A DNA stretch of 64,000 nucleotides. It comes from Candidatus Omnitrophota bacterium (lineage in GTDB: Bacteria > Omnitrophota > Omnitrophia > Omnitrophales > Aquincolibacteriaceae). Location: NCBI GenBank assembly GCA_016196545.1, contig JACPXM010000020.1, forward strand, positions 74,626 through 138,625, read 5' to 3'. The notes beneath the pieces were generated by a model. It did no database searches and was not told the origin of the DNA. It was given only the letters and a program-made list of their open reading frames with translations. The number at the start of each line of letters is the position of its first letter. Position 1 is the first letter of the stretch. The position numbers and the translations under genes were made by a program. Below are positions 39,801 through 45,524 of the stretch, piece by piece.

Positions 39801-42282
39801 GGAGCTCTATTTTCATTTTAGTGATGCGGGTTATGCAGCGGCGCTCAATCGTTTGATTAAAGAAAACCAGACCCAAGAGCAGCAAGAAAAATTTTCTGGA
39901 GGCACGATCCCCGCGAATACTACAACGAGAATTGCTAAACAAGTGAAGGAAGGAGACGAGATTCGCTTTGCCATTATTGGAGCGCGCGGTCGAATCGGCA
40001 AACAGCTTCACCAATTACTGACCAGTGATCCGAATTATGTGCCCGTCTTCTATCTGGGAGTTCAAGACCTTGACACTTTTTTACTGCAATTTCGTGAAGA
40101 CCTTTCGCAAGGACCTATGCATACCGTTCGAGGCGATGAGATTTATGAACTTGAAAAAGGGACCGGGGAAAATAAAGACAAGCTCCGCTTGCGAAACAAG
40201 AAAACAGGGGAATATTTGGCCGATTCTTACGGCAAGACGATTTTAATCTCTTATTACCATATCCAACAAAGGAAGGATGAAGTCGGCGATGCCTTTGAAA
40301 GGCGCATTCGTGAAACATTGGGAGATAAGAAGATTGACCAAGTCGAGGTGATTTTTAATGCTTCAGGTTTTGCGCTCGATAAAAATGACAACTATTATAA
40401 TGCGTTCAAAGATGGTAAAAACTTAAAACTTGTTCACTTCACTTCGCCGGCTAAAGGGGAGGTGGATGTTACGATTGTGCGTGGAGTCAACGAAGATAAA
40501 CTGGTTCATTTAGTTGAATCCGAACCTTCTAAAACACTTTTTTGTTCCGATGCGTCGTGCACAACCACCGCGCTTGGCCGTGCCTTAATCGAATTGGACC
40601 GATTTCTCCAGACCTCTGAACAACAAGTCGAGTATATTCGCTTTGTCACTCACCATAGCATGACGCCGAGTCAAGGTGAACTCTATGGAGCTCCTTCGGC
40701 GGGGAAATCTTTGCGCACTGCCAATGATCCGAAAATGGCTGCTGTGTTAGAAAGTACGGGAGCCAATAAAGTACTTGCTGAAGTTTGGCCCAGCTTCAAA
40801 GGAAGCCTCGGGGGAGTTTCACACCGAGATGGAAATTATGGTGGGTCGATTGTCTTTGTCCACGCCTTGGTCCGGTCCAAGGCGGGTGTTTATCCCACAG
40901 CAGATTCCATTAACCGACATTTTGAGGCCTTGGCCAAAACCCCTGCGCTAAAAGGGATTTTGTCGTTTGATCCTCATGCCTCATCGACTGCTCAAATTGT
41001 AGGAAACCGAACAGCTTCGATTTTTCTTCCTCAATTTACTCGAATAGAAACAGGTGAGGAAGGAGCGGCGGTGACTATTGCCTTGGGGTATGACAATGAA
41101 GCCGGTTATGCTCAAGCTGTCGTTGACATCGATAAGCTTGCCGCTCTTGTTCGTCGAGGTGGTATTTCATCGGGAAGCCCCTCCGTCCAATCTGCTCCTC
41201 AACCTGTACCCCCCGCTTTTCTTGAGCCGGTTCGCTCCTTGGCTCTTCGGCTTCAGGCCTATGAGCACCAGCTCGACTCGGATGCCTCTTCGATTGCATT
41301 CATTCAGGTTTTGGAAAAAAAGGCCTCGAGTTTCGGAAATTATAGTGAACCGCATCATTTGCTAGAGATTTTAGATCAAACCATTATCCATTTAAGCCGT
41401 GCCTGGGAAGCCACTGAAAATAAAATCCAGAGCACGATCCTCGACGATTTGTTAGATACTTATTCTGAACTCGAACGTCTTGCGAATGGCAAGACCCGTT
41501 CCGAAACGCGCTCGCAGGAACGAAAGATCGAAAAATGGGAAAAAAAATTGCAAGGGTTCCGCTCCAAGCTTCGGGAATCGGACATGGTCGTTGCGGAACT
41601 TGCGGCATTTAGGTTTGTGTCTCCGGAATTGATCAGGTTCCGCGATTTCTTTGAAGAGCAACTGCTAAAGGTACCGGGTCCCCCTACTTCGGGGACCCGG
41701 TACCGACTGCTTTTGACCGAGGCGACATCTTCCCAAACACCCCGCATTGTCGTTATCATGAACATCAATGGCCGGTTTCCTCAGTTGAATACTGAGGATT
41801 TCAAGGCTATGGAACTTGCAGAAGGCAGCCGCGTGGTTGTATTGGATTCCACCATGAGTCAATCCTCAGCATGGGACGGGTACTCTAAACTCGCCTTTGC
41901 GGAGAGCTTCCGCATCGCCACTGCGATTCCCAATCTTGCTGAACTCAAACGAATTCTAAGTCGATTTCCAGGGCATGTCCCTGTCCTTCTTTTTCCATCC
42001 GGCTTTTCGGAAGCCGTGGCGGATCAATATAAAAGTGCATCGGCGGAAACCGGATTTGCGGGTATTGTGCCGAATGGCATCAATGCCCGCCGTGCCTTTT
42101 CCTATTTGGTAGGACATCATCTTCCGGCCAGTGTCATTCGCGAAGTGCCAGATCAATTTTTAGGAATGCGGAATAACGCAAAAGGTCTTTCTCCTATTTG
42201 GGTCCCGTTTGGGTTGGAACGCGCCTTCACGGGCTGGATGGCTCAATTTTTAAATTCTCGTCTTGCCGAAACCTCTGCCTAA
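30877..42282 (+). CDS. giant multidomain protein: signal-anchor, ChaN/TraB-like domain, class-3-FBPase-like metallophosphoesterase, helical repeats, PPDK-type ATP-grasp plus phosphohistidine domains, GAPDH-like domain, unknown C-terminal domain
   Basis: The frame is open without a stop from TTG 30664 to TAA 42282. I prefer GVG-type start GTG 30877, which is downstream of the predicted promoter and gives a Lys/Arg-rich n-region plus hydrophobic 'FVALLTAVLFSCNSLVYSSA'. Domain motifs are listed in the domain features below. Confidence 0.85.
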   Translation: MSLFKGFTKTFIHRFVALLTAVLFSCNSLVYSSAVSFPTTENSALFLKTPDVPSSLGSVDALYLPPTPSSFQPFILIQDAHAHREAQANIHGLLNHLAKQQVVHAVTAEAASGKINPHIFDFFKDSKLNRAVIDGLAAKGELTGAELFALTSSHKIPVYGIEDEDLYTASFRFFYDIKQKQKSNESILQSYRGALFDLEKRFFNKDLNHLVQKKRDWEERRDEDLDYFHVLKSFSEKYLRLDLSDVRHQFDWPNLTRLFKVEELEQGVQGEETKKDIEVLLKEIEKRVYAPKMKRFLSKGLRQIEEISNPRKFFETLYEESRRAEIVWVNYPHFLKWAGTVILRSEIQIQGVEKERAKLEARLFRRLSRPEKEKKILALGHDLDLLKRFFSLELSREDYHHYSKIKKRLMPKTFQVRFRELNHNLEHLPRKTWKDAARFYHLTLGRDRALVENALKISSSSHQATVLIAGGFHTPGLEKQLREKQIPYAVISPRIQNFEDDGFYEKVMLGQNTLGAWLLTRLEALPPGNLRARRQAVLSEALSKVSRSEMREGVRSFITTGLAPHEELEVLRQFRKQIERNDFPLLVIFSDHHGTIEKLDAYILDAMRRALPDKVPEFTLDRQEADKNPEKKFWDVNGSLEEQLSYHGISLNDDFDGKLFFENLGDFMDRGPKGIRVFERSMELRDAGLSEIVLGNHDIYIMLNLMGFHLPWYEGYNFYGYSDVYDNKYGNIQEQVRHFRETHRETRTAEWWAERLAEFRAFHDQQQKTLWKPLNILVNGWNESLEEKMPGKGLFAQVSASLITPKQKDLWNKFRGWNLVDVYTGVRAVGVVSVQWWENLLEDFEESFTEIQKHPDYQENRPANQAWTQAISIMKNQIIPRLKQDLQGHLERGEWWWRAFEAIHAQNYTSAEWLIMDWLFHPGWGPTVLAELNERIKDDSLKVTPANYLKNSILKMIGQTYRNVFKLHLRDIYQNHATHAFLPIDMKTGEFYFKYQGVEYRAKGDSNHPSVWQGLNVLAQHIRDPKRSMKENYEALILIMSWYSDNNPILKPPRVTEAINQFGPEDLAQVNGFNRLFFGHIPFHEFYKLGQEKLGIISGYQTGGRIFDTDHGAGVKFGGRGAFVRVQDEVVLRGFEHERANGIKDNPSTVRTVDGPNGQISEEVLFRNPGINHDDFLPELRRNLETRITELEQPVRSEVRDEIPAYIVDFLEKELGISVQNLSADQKTTLEKHVSFFSSLNNFRFYPRREVFKQLLESSNFSILDSSEKFATAMLDKGIFDRDPDSDINAYLLGSLQKIFSSFRPNKTLSEKTLAIGEDMLKHDRNYATQIYTAELLGSLEPTEKIIEALLRLASPGMNNGIRDKAFFSMKGNGNRVAPYLIKRIGMTADRRSRDYYVSLLEKVTEPSFQTLVWFLAGHQDTAEKLNAIIESEPIGFQQWVSSALFMVRGTPSIRQTMDERIRHLDLFKAFLGRETFLNLIRFWGFSMVSHWAQMKNDESQKELFQILAGLERKDPAQSSLAELIHLVRAHPEKLRALLLLITSGHGFDSVGVRELLDLIIQNPAQSTELMAFLITLLRLQPVSFKEEEFVQEWISKLLHSPIEPVYYLARKLAMSIPHPTNTNPVLEQNIRKFSAELDDAGKNENRLFRYIRLELHRSPSTDDLDLVATILDVLIRLQHPHRAMRIKESEIDDYLGHLVRAEAKKEVYQALVSPLSQGVGQILNQEFLKASEKTSWRDYFLAHVPDWEASPSDEASQPYYYAKLLIQVLQAVHARYALNIERIAQNLPSAVREKIEQGEILPALIDLNETREANKRMLLVASTLDPIKEYYIKRHQATDEWGFLAYGFYGNYKEEKFDLFEQDRLIQTYTEILQDRYLTKEIPKKIEEIRKWAEAQKTNGIPEESPLRSKEQVDQAIRIPLQEILEGLYWLVDEMDTEGLLNQKLVSLNRVLRTENFDLQQVTNILTMMQDEATRLYDFFNFNFSTFPEHLALSLGRDRINPRFLKPGDEKKTDEEWAKRVRETFLGDLWADERKIFYFNSYLSQLRQLLVEGLYPWRFKYIRLAKAALPLDLITEENVDQQGVSAVRTGTKAHELFWLRKKGLPIPPLVVLPIDLPDRVKIDPTNPIFRQKVLDAILHLEKASGKIFPFHLSALNEEEEKKVREFRAANQIEPSGPMLNFSTRSGSLESMPGMMDTILDLPFNDQIVEELVSKDEDLHFVLDTYRRFLASFGAAHYGMDRRAFSDIIDAMKQEVTNRKAKKSEITIAEFEVEDLQKVVNKFKQYISVRHADFLKIDPFSQVTHAVKAIYDSWESEGAKEFREKFGLSPRWRTGVTLQAMVFGNAGLDSGTGVIFSSDPESEIYSPYGTWKWNSQGEDVVGGLVGIFQPLNKLHGENSIEVVHSEFFDEITDIARAIQRLGKVPQDIEITREQGKNWVLQTRALVNTGHGIKKTIRLDKLPEGSVAKVASQGVPVSPNAAVGRLLDARNMTGLELRSEVNKLRKWMNDHGEETLDIILAFDYVTDQDAAEKLYLENVKGLINSKVGISTHASLVAGRLGLAYVSQVDIVFASEDKDATLGGKKIDFGINSPIISIDGYSPSKSETSGQVLWGELPFDYAVTTPLPANGNGNGRSEVRPLSFPARVAISLGAYRINKKGIVSDILESNFDDSLEVAVNTVHNRIFDAYLRGLIGNPNISLTDLYGVESVERFFSSLHNPFHGRFPASSLNLKEENGQAVLEINGHEIRIHEQVPESATLRRFQTEVLIDLSNMNLTDENPGFRAARLRELQKEAELKHVIDFRGDEDPTEDPDASYHALVSPLTLASAHILRVVEKKFNGDFDFVSGLLGARPITGDSGKINFRKSSLLEYDIAKGAGSALLSLIPKQDSRFKAVAKELKAIKSDKHLTDKEKESKRQKLIYQSVNQHFEKAAQETPDILRYADEEHLSSLLVIRDSQVVVFDSQATDIRENGQVELYFHFSDAGYAAALNRLIKENQTQEQQEKFSGGTIPANTTTRIAKQVKEGDEIRFAIIGARGRIGKQLHQLLTSDPNYVPVFYLGVQDLDTFLLQFREDLSQGPMHTVRGDEIYELEKGTGENKDKLRLRNKKTGEYLADSYGKTILISYYHIQQRKDEVGDAFERRIRETLGDKKIDQVEVIFNASGFALDKNDNYYNAFKDGKNLKLVHFTSPAKGEVDVTIVRGVNEDKLVHLVESEPSKTLFCSDASCTTTALGRALIELDRFLQTSEQQVEYIRFVTHHSMTPSQGELYGAPSAGKSLRTANDPKMAAVLESTGANKVLAEVWPSFKGSLGGVSHRDGNYGGSIVFVHALVRSKAGVYPTADSINRHFEALAKTPALKGILSFDPHASSTAQIVGNRTASIFLPQFTRIETGEEGAAVTIALGYDNEAGYAQAVVDIDKLAALVRRGGISSGSPSVQSAPQPVPPAFLEPVRSLALRLQAYEHQLDSDASSIAFIQVLEKKASSFGNYSEPHHLLEILDQTIIHLSRAWEATENKIQSTILDDLLDTYSELERLANGKTRSETRSQERKIEKWEKKLQGFRSKLRESDMVVAELAAFRFVSPELIRFRDFFEEQLLKVPGPPTSGTRYRLLLTEATSSQTPRIVVIMNINGRFPQLNTEDFKAMELAEGSRVVVLDSTMSQSSAWDGYSKLAFAESFRIATAIPNLAELKRILSRFPGHVPVLLFPSGFSEAVADQYKSASAETGFAGIVPNGINARRAFSYLVGHHLPASVIREVPDQFLGMRNNAKGLSPIWVPFGLERAFTGWMAQFLNSRLAETSA
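31090..32370 (+). other. domain in giant ORF: ChaN/TraB/Tiki/erythromycin-esterase-like (tentative)
   Basis: Bracketed by 'PFILIQDAHAHREAQ' and 'ATVLIAGGFHTPGLEKQLREKQIPYAVI'. These resemble the N-terminal (G/D)xH and C-terminal GxxH-x-G motifs of that superfamily. Confidence 0.35.
32620..34330 (+). other. domain in giant ORF: calcineurin-type metallophosphoesterase with class-3 FBPase (Fbp/YydE, FBPase_2)-like motif order
   Basis: 'VIFSDHHG' (32644), 'LGDFMDRGP' (32869), 'LGNHD' (32959), 'THAFLPIDMKTGEF', 'FGHIPFH' (34108), 'DTDHGAGVKFGG'. B. subtilis Fbp has the same order: SDLHGE, GDIYDRGP, WGNHD, IHGCIPVDENG, NGHTPV, IDGGFSKAY. Confidence 0.65.
37126..38215 (+). other. domain in giant ORF: PPDK/PEP-synthase N-terminal ATP-grasp (nucleotide-binding) domain
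   Basis: 'STRSGSLESMPGMMDTILDLPFND' (PPDK has SVRSGARxSMPGMMDTVLNLGLN). 'LQAMVFGNAGLDSGTGVIFSSDP'. 'NSQGEDVVGG'. 'NWVLQTR'. Confidence 0.85.
38280..38720 (+). other. domain in giant ORF: PEP-utilising enzyme mobile (swivelling phosphohistidine) domain
   Basis: 'SPNAAVGRLL' and 'SKVGISTHASLVAGRLGLAYV' (PPDK has GGMTSHAAVVARGMGKPCV). The His codon is at 38527-38529. 'ISIDGYSPSKSETSGQV'. Confidence 0.8.
39961..41150 (+). other. domain in giant ORF: glyceraldehyde-3-phosphate dehydrogenase-like domain
   Basis: 'IRFAIIGARGRIGKQL' (GAPDH has INGFGRIGR). 'SDASCTTTALG' with the Cys codon at 40558. 'FVTHHSMT' (TTVHAxT). 'ALGYDNEAGYAQ' (WYDNEWGYS). Confidence 0.8.
41670..41704. repeat. type-2 palindromic element inside the giant CDS
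   Basis: GGTACCGGGTCCCC / 7-nt loop / GGGGACCCGGTACC, with perfect 14-bp arms. Read in frame it encodes VPGPPTSGTRY. Confidence 0.9.
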
Positions 42283-42391
42283 TTTGTATAAGACTCCTAG
42301 TGCAAAGCGCTTTCGCTTTTCTTCCCCTCTTAGCACCTGCTCATCTCGTGACTGCGTTCCAGGCCACAAGCCGCGCCGCGTAAACCCCTGC

Positions 42392-42424
42392 CGGTTCCAG
42401 GTTGCCGGCGGTAACCTGGAACCG
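42392..42424. repeat. type-1 palindromic element, copy b
   Basis: CGGTTCCAGGTTGCC / GGC / GGTAACCTGGAACCG, with one G-T mismatch. It lies 110 nt after the giant ORF stop and is followed by a T-rich tract. Confidence 0.85.
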
Positions 42425-42470
42425 TTTGCTTCGTTTGCTTTTCTTCTTCTGATTCGATAAGATTATCCCA

Positions 42471-43211
42471 ATGCCGAAGCGCCGCATTTTGATTTTGGAG
42501 AAGAAAGCAAGCCGGTGGCCAAAATTCCTTGAGGAATTTTTTGAGGACACACCCTCGGAATTAAAAGTCACGGAGGACGCCGCCCTCGCCGGAGAAATTT
42601 TAGACCGTCTTCATCCCGACCTTGTGTTTTTTAATCACGCGCTCGTTTCCCCGGCATTTTTACAGAAGGTCCGGGTCCATCGACAGACGCGATCCGAGCT
42701 TCGTTTTACGGCGATTGGGGCTGTAAAAAATGCGAACCCCTCTTCTTTGGAAGCCGATATGGCCTTTGAAGAGCCGCCCGCGTTTTTGGAATTTCAAAAA
42801 CGGATGATCCGTGAACTTCCCATGCCGGAGAAATTGTATTTGCTTGTCGTCGATGACGACCCGGAAATCGGAGCCATGATCCGTGATTTTCTCGAGGGGA
42901 GGACGCATCCGGCCTTTGAGATTGCCACTGCGGAAAACGGAAAAAAAGGCCTGGAATCCATTTTACGGCGAAAACCCGATGTGCTGGTCATGGATGTGAA
43001 AATGCCGGAAATGGACGGCCGTGAACTTTACCGGAGAATCCGCGGCCAGCAACTCATGCTTCCCACCATTATTTTTTTCGATCCGATTTCCGGCGCGGAA
43101 ATGGCGGAAATCCGAAAATATGGAAGACCGGCCGTGGTGGACAAAAGTTCCCGCCACGCCTCGCTTCCGGACCTTACGGCCCTCATCTTAAAAATGGCCT
43201 ATTTTGGATGA
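42471..43211 (+). CDS. response regulator with degenerate N-terminal receiver-like domain plus canonical receiver; no output domain
   Basis: C-terminal REC motifs 'LLVVDDDPEIG', 'DVLVMDVKMPEMDG' and a 'DKS' Lys region. The N-terminal half ('RILILEKK...DLVFFN') has receiver-like spacing but lacks the acidic pocket. Confidence 0.75.
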   Translation: MPKRRILILEKKASRWPKFLEEFFEDTPSELKVTEDAALAGEILDRLHPDLVFFNHALVSPAFLQKVRVHRQTRSELRFTAIGAVKNANPSSLEADMAFEEPPAFLEFQKRMIRELPMPEKLYLLVVDDDPEIGAMIRDFLEGRTHPAFEIATAENGKKGLESILRRKPDVLVMDVKMPEMDGRELYRRIRGQQLMLPTIIFFDPISGAEMAEIRKYGRPAVVDKSSRHASLPDLTALILKMAYFG

Positions 43212-44368
43212 AAGAGGACAGAGGACTGAGTCAATCGATCTCTTGGATTCACCTTTTCTGTCTTCTGTTTTCTGTCGTCTGCCCTCTATTCTTTAACGGC
43301 TGCGCATTTCTTATTCGCCGTCCCTCGTATTCGGTGAAAGCCCCGGCTGGCGCCGAGTCTCCTTTTCGCGGGGTTTATCACATTCACAGCGAATTTTCCT
43401 CGGATTCCAAGGCCTCTCTGAGGCAAGTTCTTAAAACGGGTGAAAAATCGAAACTCGATTTTGTGCTCCTCACCGATCACAACAACATGCGTGCCAAAGA
43501 GGCCTACGAATTGATGAAGTGGCCGGCGGAGGGAGGCCGACCGAAGCAGCCCCTTTTGATCACGGGCATTGAAATCTCCGCGCCGGACGGCCACATGACG
43601 GCCTTCGGCATTTCGGAGCCCCCACCGAAAGGTATGAACTCTCAAGATTTGATTGACTGGATTCATCAAAAGGGAGGATATTTGGTGTTGGCGCATCCAA
43701 TTTGTCAAAGACGGCCGTGGACGAATTGGGAAATTCAGGGCTTTGACGGGCTTGAGGTTTATAATTTCGCGCATACATTTTATCCGGAAAATAAATTGAC
43801 GCTCACGCTTAAGGCGATGCTCTTCACGCCCAAAATGTTTCTCAAGCATTATCAGAAAATTAATCCCTCCTGGCGCCAGAAATGGGACGAGCTTCTTATG
43901 ACCGAGAAGGTATCGGCCTTTGCGGCCAATGACGCCCACCTTCACTGGAAATGGCTGGGGATTGCTCCGGAAAGTTACATCCTTCAATTTCAGTCGGTGA
44001 ATCATTATGTCTTCTCAGAGGTCTTTGAGGAACGGGCCCTGCTTGAGGCGCTTGGCGAAGGGAGAAGTTTTTTTGCCTTTGAAACGCGCGGCGAGGCCCG
44101 TGATTTTCAGTTCAGGGCAGAGGCAGGGGGAAAGGAATTTTCGATGGGAGAAGAGGTGCCTGGCTCCCGTGGAGAACCGGCCACCGTCAGGTTTTTGGTT
44201 TCCGTGCCTCAAGACGGGGAGCTTCGGCTCCTTCATCGAGGAGAAATCATTGCGCAAGCCGAGGGACGCGCACTGACACATTCCGTAGAAAAACCGGGTG
44301 CCTACCGCGTGGAAGTGTATAAAAAAGACAAACCCTGGATTATCTCCAATCCGATTTATGTGGAATAA
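43208..44368 (+). CDS. PHP-domain (CehA/McbA-like) metal-dependent phosphoesterase, membrane/lipid anchored
   Basis: ATGA overlap with the upstream gene. 'GVYHIHSEFSSDS' and 'FVLLTDHNN' are PHP motifs. N-terminal hydrophobic segment ending 'FFNGC'. Confidence 0.7.
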   Translation: MKEDRGLSQSISWIHLFCLLFSVVCPLFFNGCAFLIRRPSYSVKAPAGAESPFRGVYHIHSEFSSDSKASLRQVLKTGEKSKLDFVLLTDHNNMRAKEAYELMKWPAEGGRPKQPLLITGIEISAPDGHMTAFGISEPPPKGMNSQDLIDWIHQKGGYLVLAHPICQRRPWTNWEIQGFDGLEVYNFAHTFYPENKLTLTLKAMLFTPKMFLKHYQKINPSWRQKWDELLMTEKVSAFAANDAHLHWKWLGIAPESYILQFQSVNHYVFSEVFEERALLEALGEGRSFFAFETRGEARDFQFRAEAGGKEFSMGEEVPGSRGEPATVRFLVSVPQDGELRLLHRGEIIAQAEGRALTHSVEKPGAYRVEVYKKDKPWIISNPIYVE

Positions 44369-45467
44369 AAGTCACAAGGCGACAAAGTCACAAGTCACAA
44401 GAGAACAAGTAAAAAGGATTTTAACTTGTGTCCTTGGGACCTTATGCGCCGGCGCTCTTTTTTTCTCTGGTTGCGCTGCCTACCACCCCCTGGTTTCCAA
44501 AATGCCCGCCCCGCTTCCGGAATTTTATCGGCACTATTATGATTATCCCACCTCGGATTTTACGAGCACCTTGATTCAAACGCAGGACGGCGGAAGTTAT
44601 GTGATCAAGACCTATGAATTTCCTTTCAGTCTTCCTCAAGATATTGCGCTGGAAAGTCCGGAGGCCTTTAAACGGAATACCGAGGAGCTCGCGAAAACCG
44701 ATCAAAAAACCGCGAAAGATCAAAAGTTAAGGTACTTGAACCGTGTGGACCTTTATGTTCCTAAAAAAATCAAATCCGGGGAAAAACGTCCCGCCATTCT
44801 TGTCTCCCCGATTTTAGGGGGGAACATGGTGGTGGATCGGTTTTGCAATTATTATGCGGGACGCGGCTACGTGGCCGCACTGGTTCACCGTAAGCGCTTA
44901 CTTTGGGACGACGGGCGCGAAGATATTCAACAAATGGAAGATTACATGCGTAGCTCTATTATTCGTTTGCGTCAAGCCGTTGATTGGCTTGAAAAACAGC
45001 CTGAAGTGGATTCCGAACGGCTCGGGGCCTTTGGAATCAGTTACGGTGCGATTCTTCATTCGGTGTTAGCGGCGGTAGAGCCGCGTATTCAATATCATGT
45101 ACTGGCCATGCCGGCGGCCCCGCTGCCGGAAGTTATGATGCATTGTCCGGATTCGGCTTGCGTCAAAATCATGAAACATGTAAAGGAAAAATACGGATGG
45201 TCGGACGCGAAAATTTTTCTGGATTTAAAGCGCGTTCTCAAAACCGATCCTATTCGTTTAGCGGGCGCCATTAAGCGCGATCGCGTGGAAATTTATATCG
45301 CGCTCTTTGACCGGGTGGTGGGCGCCGGCCGGTCTTGGAAACTTTGGCATGACATGGGCAAACCCAGACTCAGGCTTTTACCCTTTGGTCATTATGGCGG
45401 TATTTTCGTATTTCCTTATTTACAAACGCAGTCATTCTCAGCCCTCAAAAAGCACCTCCAAAACTAA
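44358..45467 (+). CDS. alpha/beta hydrolase lipoprotein (dienelactone-hydrolase-like)
   Basis: ATG 44358 overlaps the upstream stop (ATGTGGAATAA). Lipobox-like 'LFFSGC'. Nucleophile elbow 'GISYG'. ORF-track start 44298 lies inside the upstream gene. Confidence 0.7.
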   Translation: MWNKSHKATKSQVTREQVKRILTCVLGTLCAGALFFSGCAAYHPLVSKMPAPLPEFYRHYYDYPTSDFTSTLIQTQDGGSYVIKTYEFPFSLPQDIALESPEAFKRNTEELAKTDQKTAKDQKLRYLNRVDLYVPKKIKSGEKRPAILVSPILGGNMVVDRFCNYYAGRGYVAALVHRKRLLWDDGREDIQQMEDYMRSSIIRLRQAVDWLEKQPEVDSERLGAFGISYGAILHSVLAAVEPRIQYHVLAMPAAPLPEVMMHCPDSACVKIMKHVKEKYGWSDAKIFLDLKRVLKTDPIRLAGAIKRDRVEIYIALFDRVVGAGRSWKLWHDMGKPRLRLLPFGHYGGIFVFPYLQTQSFSALKKHLQN

Positions 45468-45524
45468 CAAAACCTACCGGTTCCAGGTTGCCGATGGCAA
45501 CCTGGAACCGGTAGGTTTTGTTAG
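45464..45524. terminator. type-1 palindromic element, copy c: 61-bp perfect palindrome acting as a probable bidirectional terminator
   Basis: CTAACAAAACCTACCGGTTCCAGGTTGCC / GAT / GGCAACCTGGAACCGGTAGGTTTTGTTAG, with 29-bp perfect arms. TAA (45465-45467) of the + gene and TAA (complement of 45521-45523) of the - gene both lie in the arms. Confidence 0.85.

Noticed and set aside
39472-40014. 180-aa ORF on the - strand inside the giant ORF
   Set aside because: The + frame is continuous across it and carries recognisable domains on both sides. The antisense translation is low-complexity.
42263-42460. 65-aa ORF downstream of the giant gene
   Set aside because: It overlaps the giant ORF stop and reads through the type-1 palindrome, which accounts for 'RFQVAGGNLEP'. 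The same peptide appears in another spurious ORF at 45307-45540, showing it is repeat-derived.
43286-44005. 239-aa ORF on the - strand
   Set aside because: It is antisense to the PHP-domain gene, which has clear HxH / TDH motifs and operon-style overlaps. No motifs of its own.
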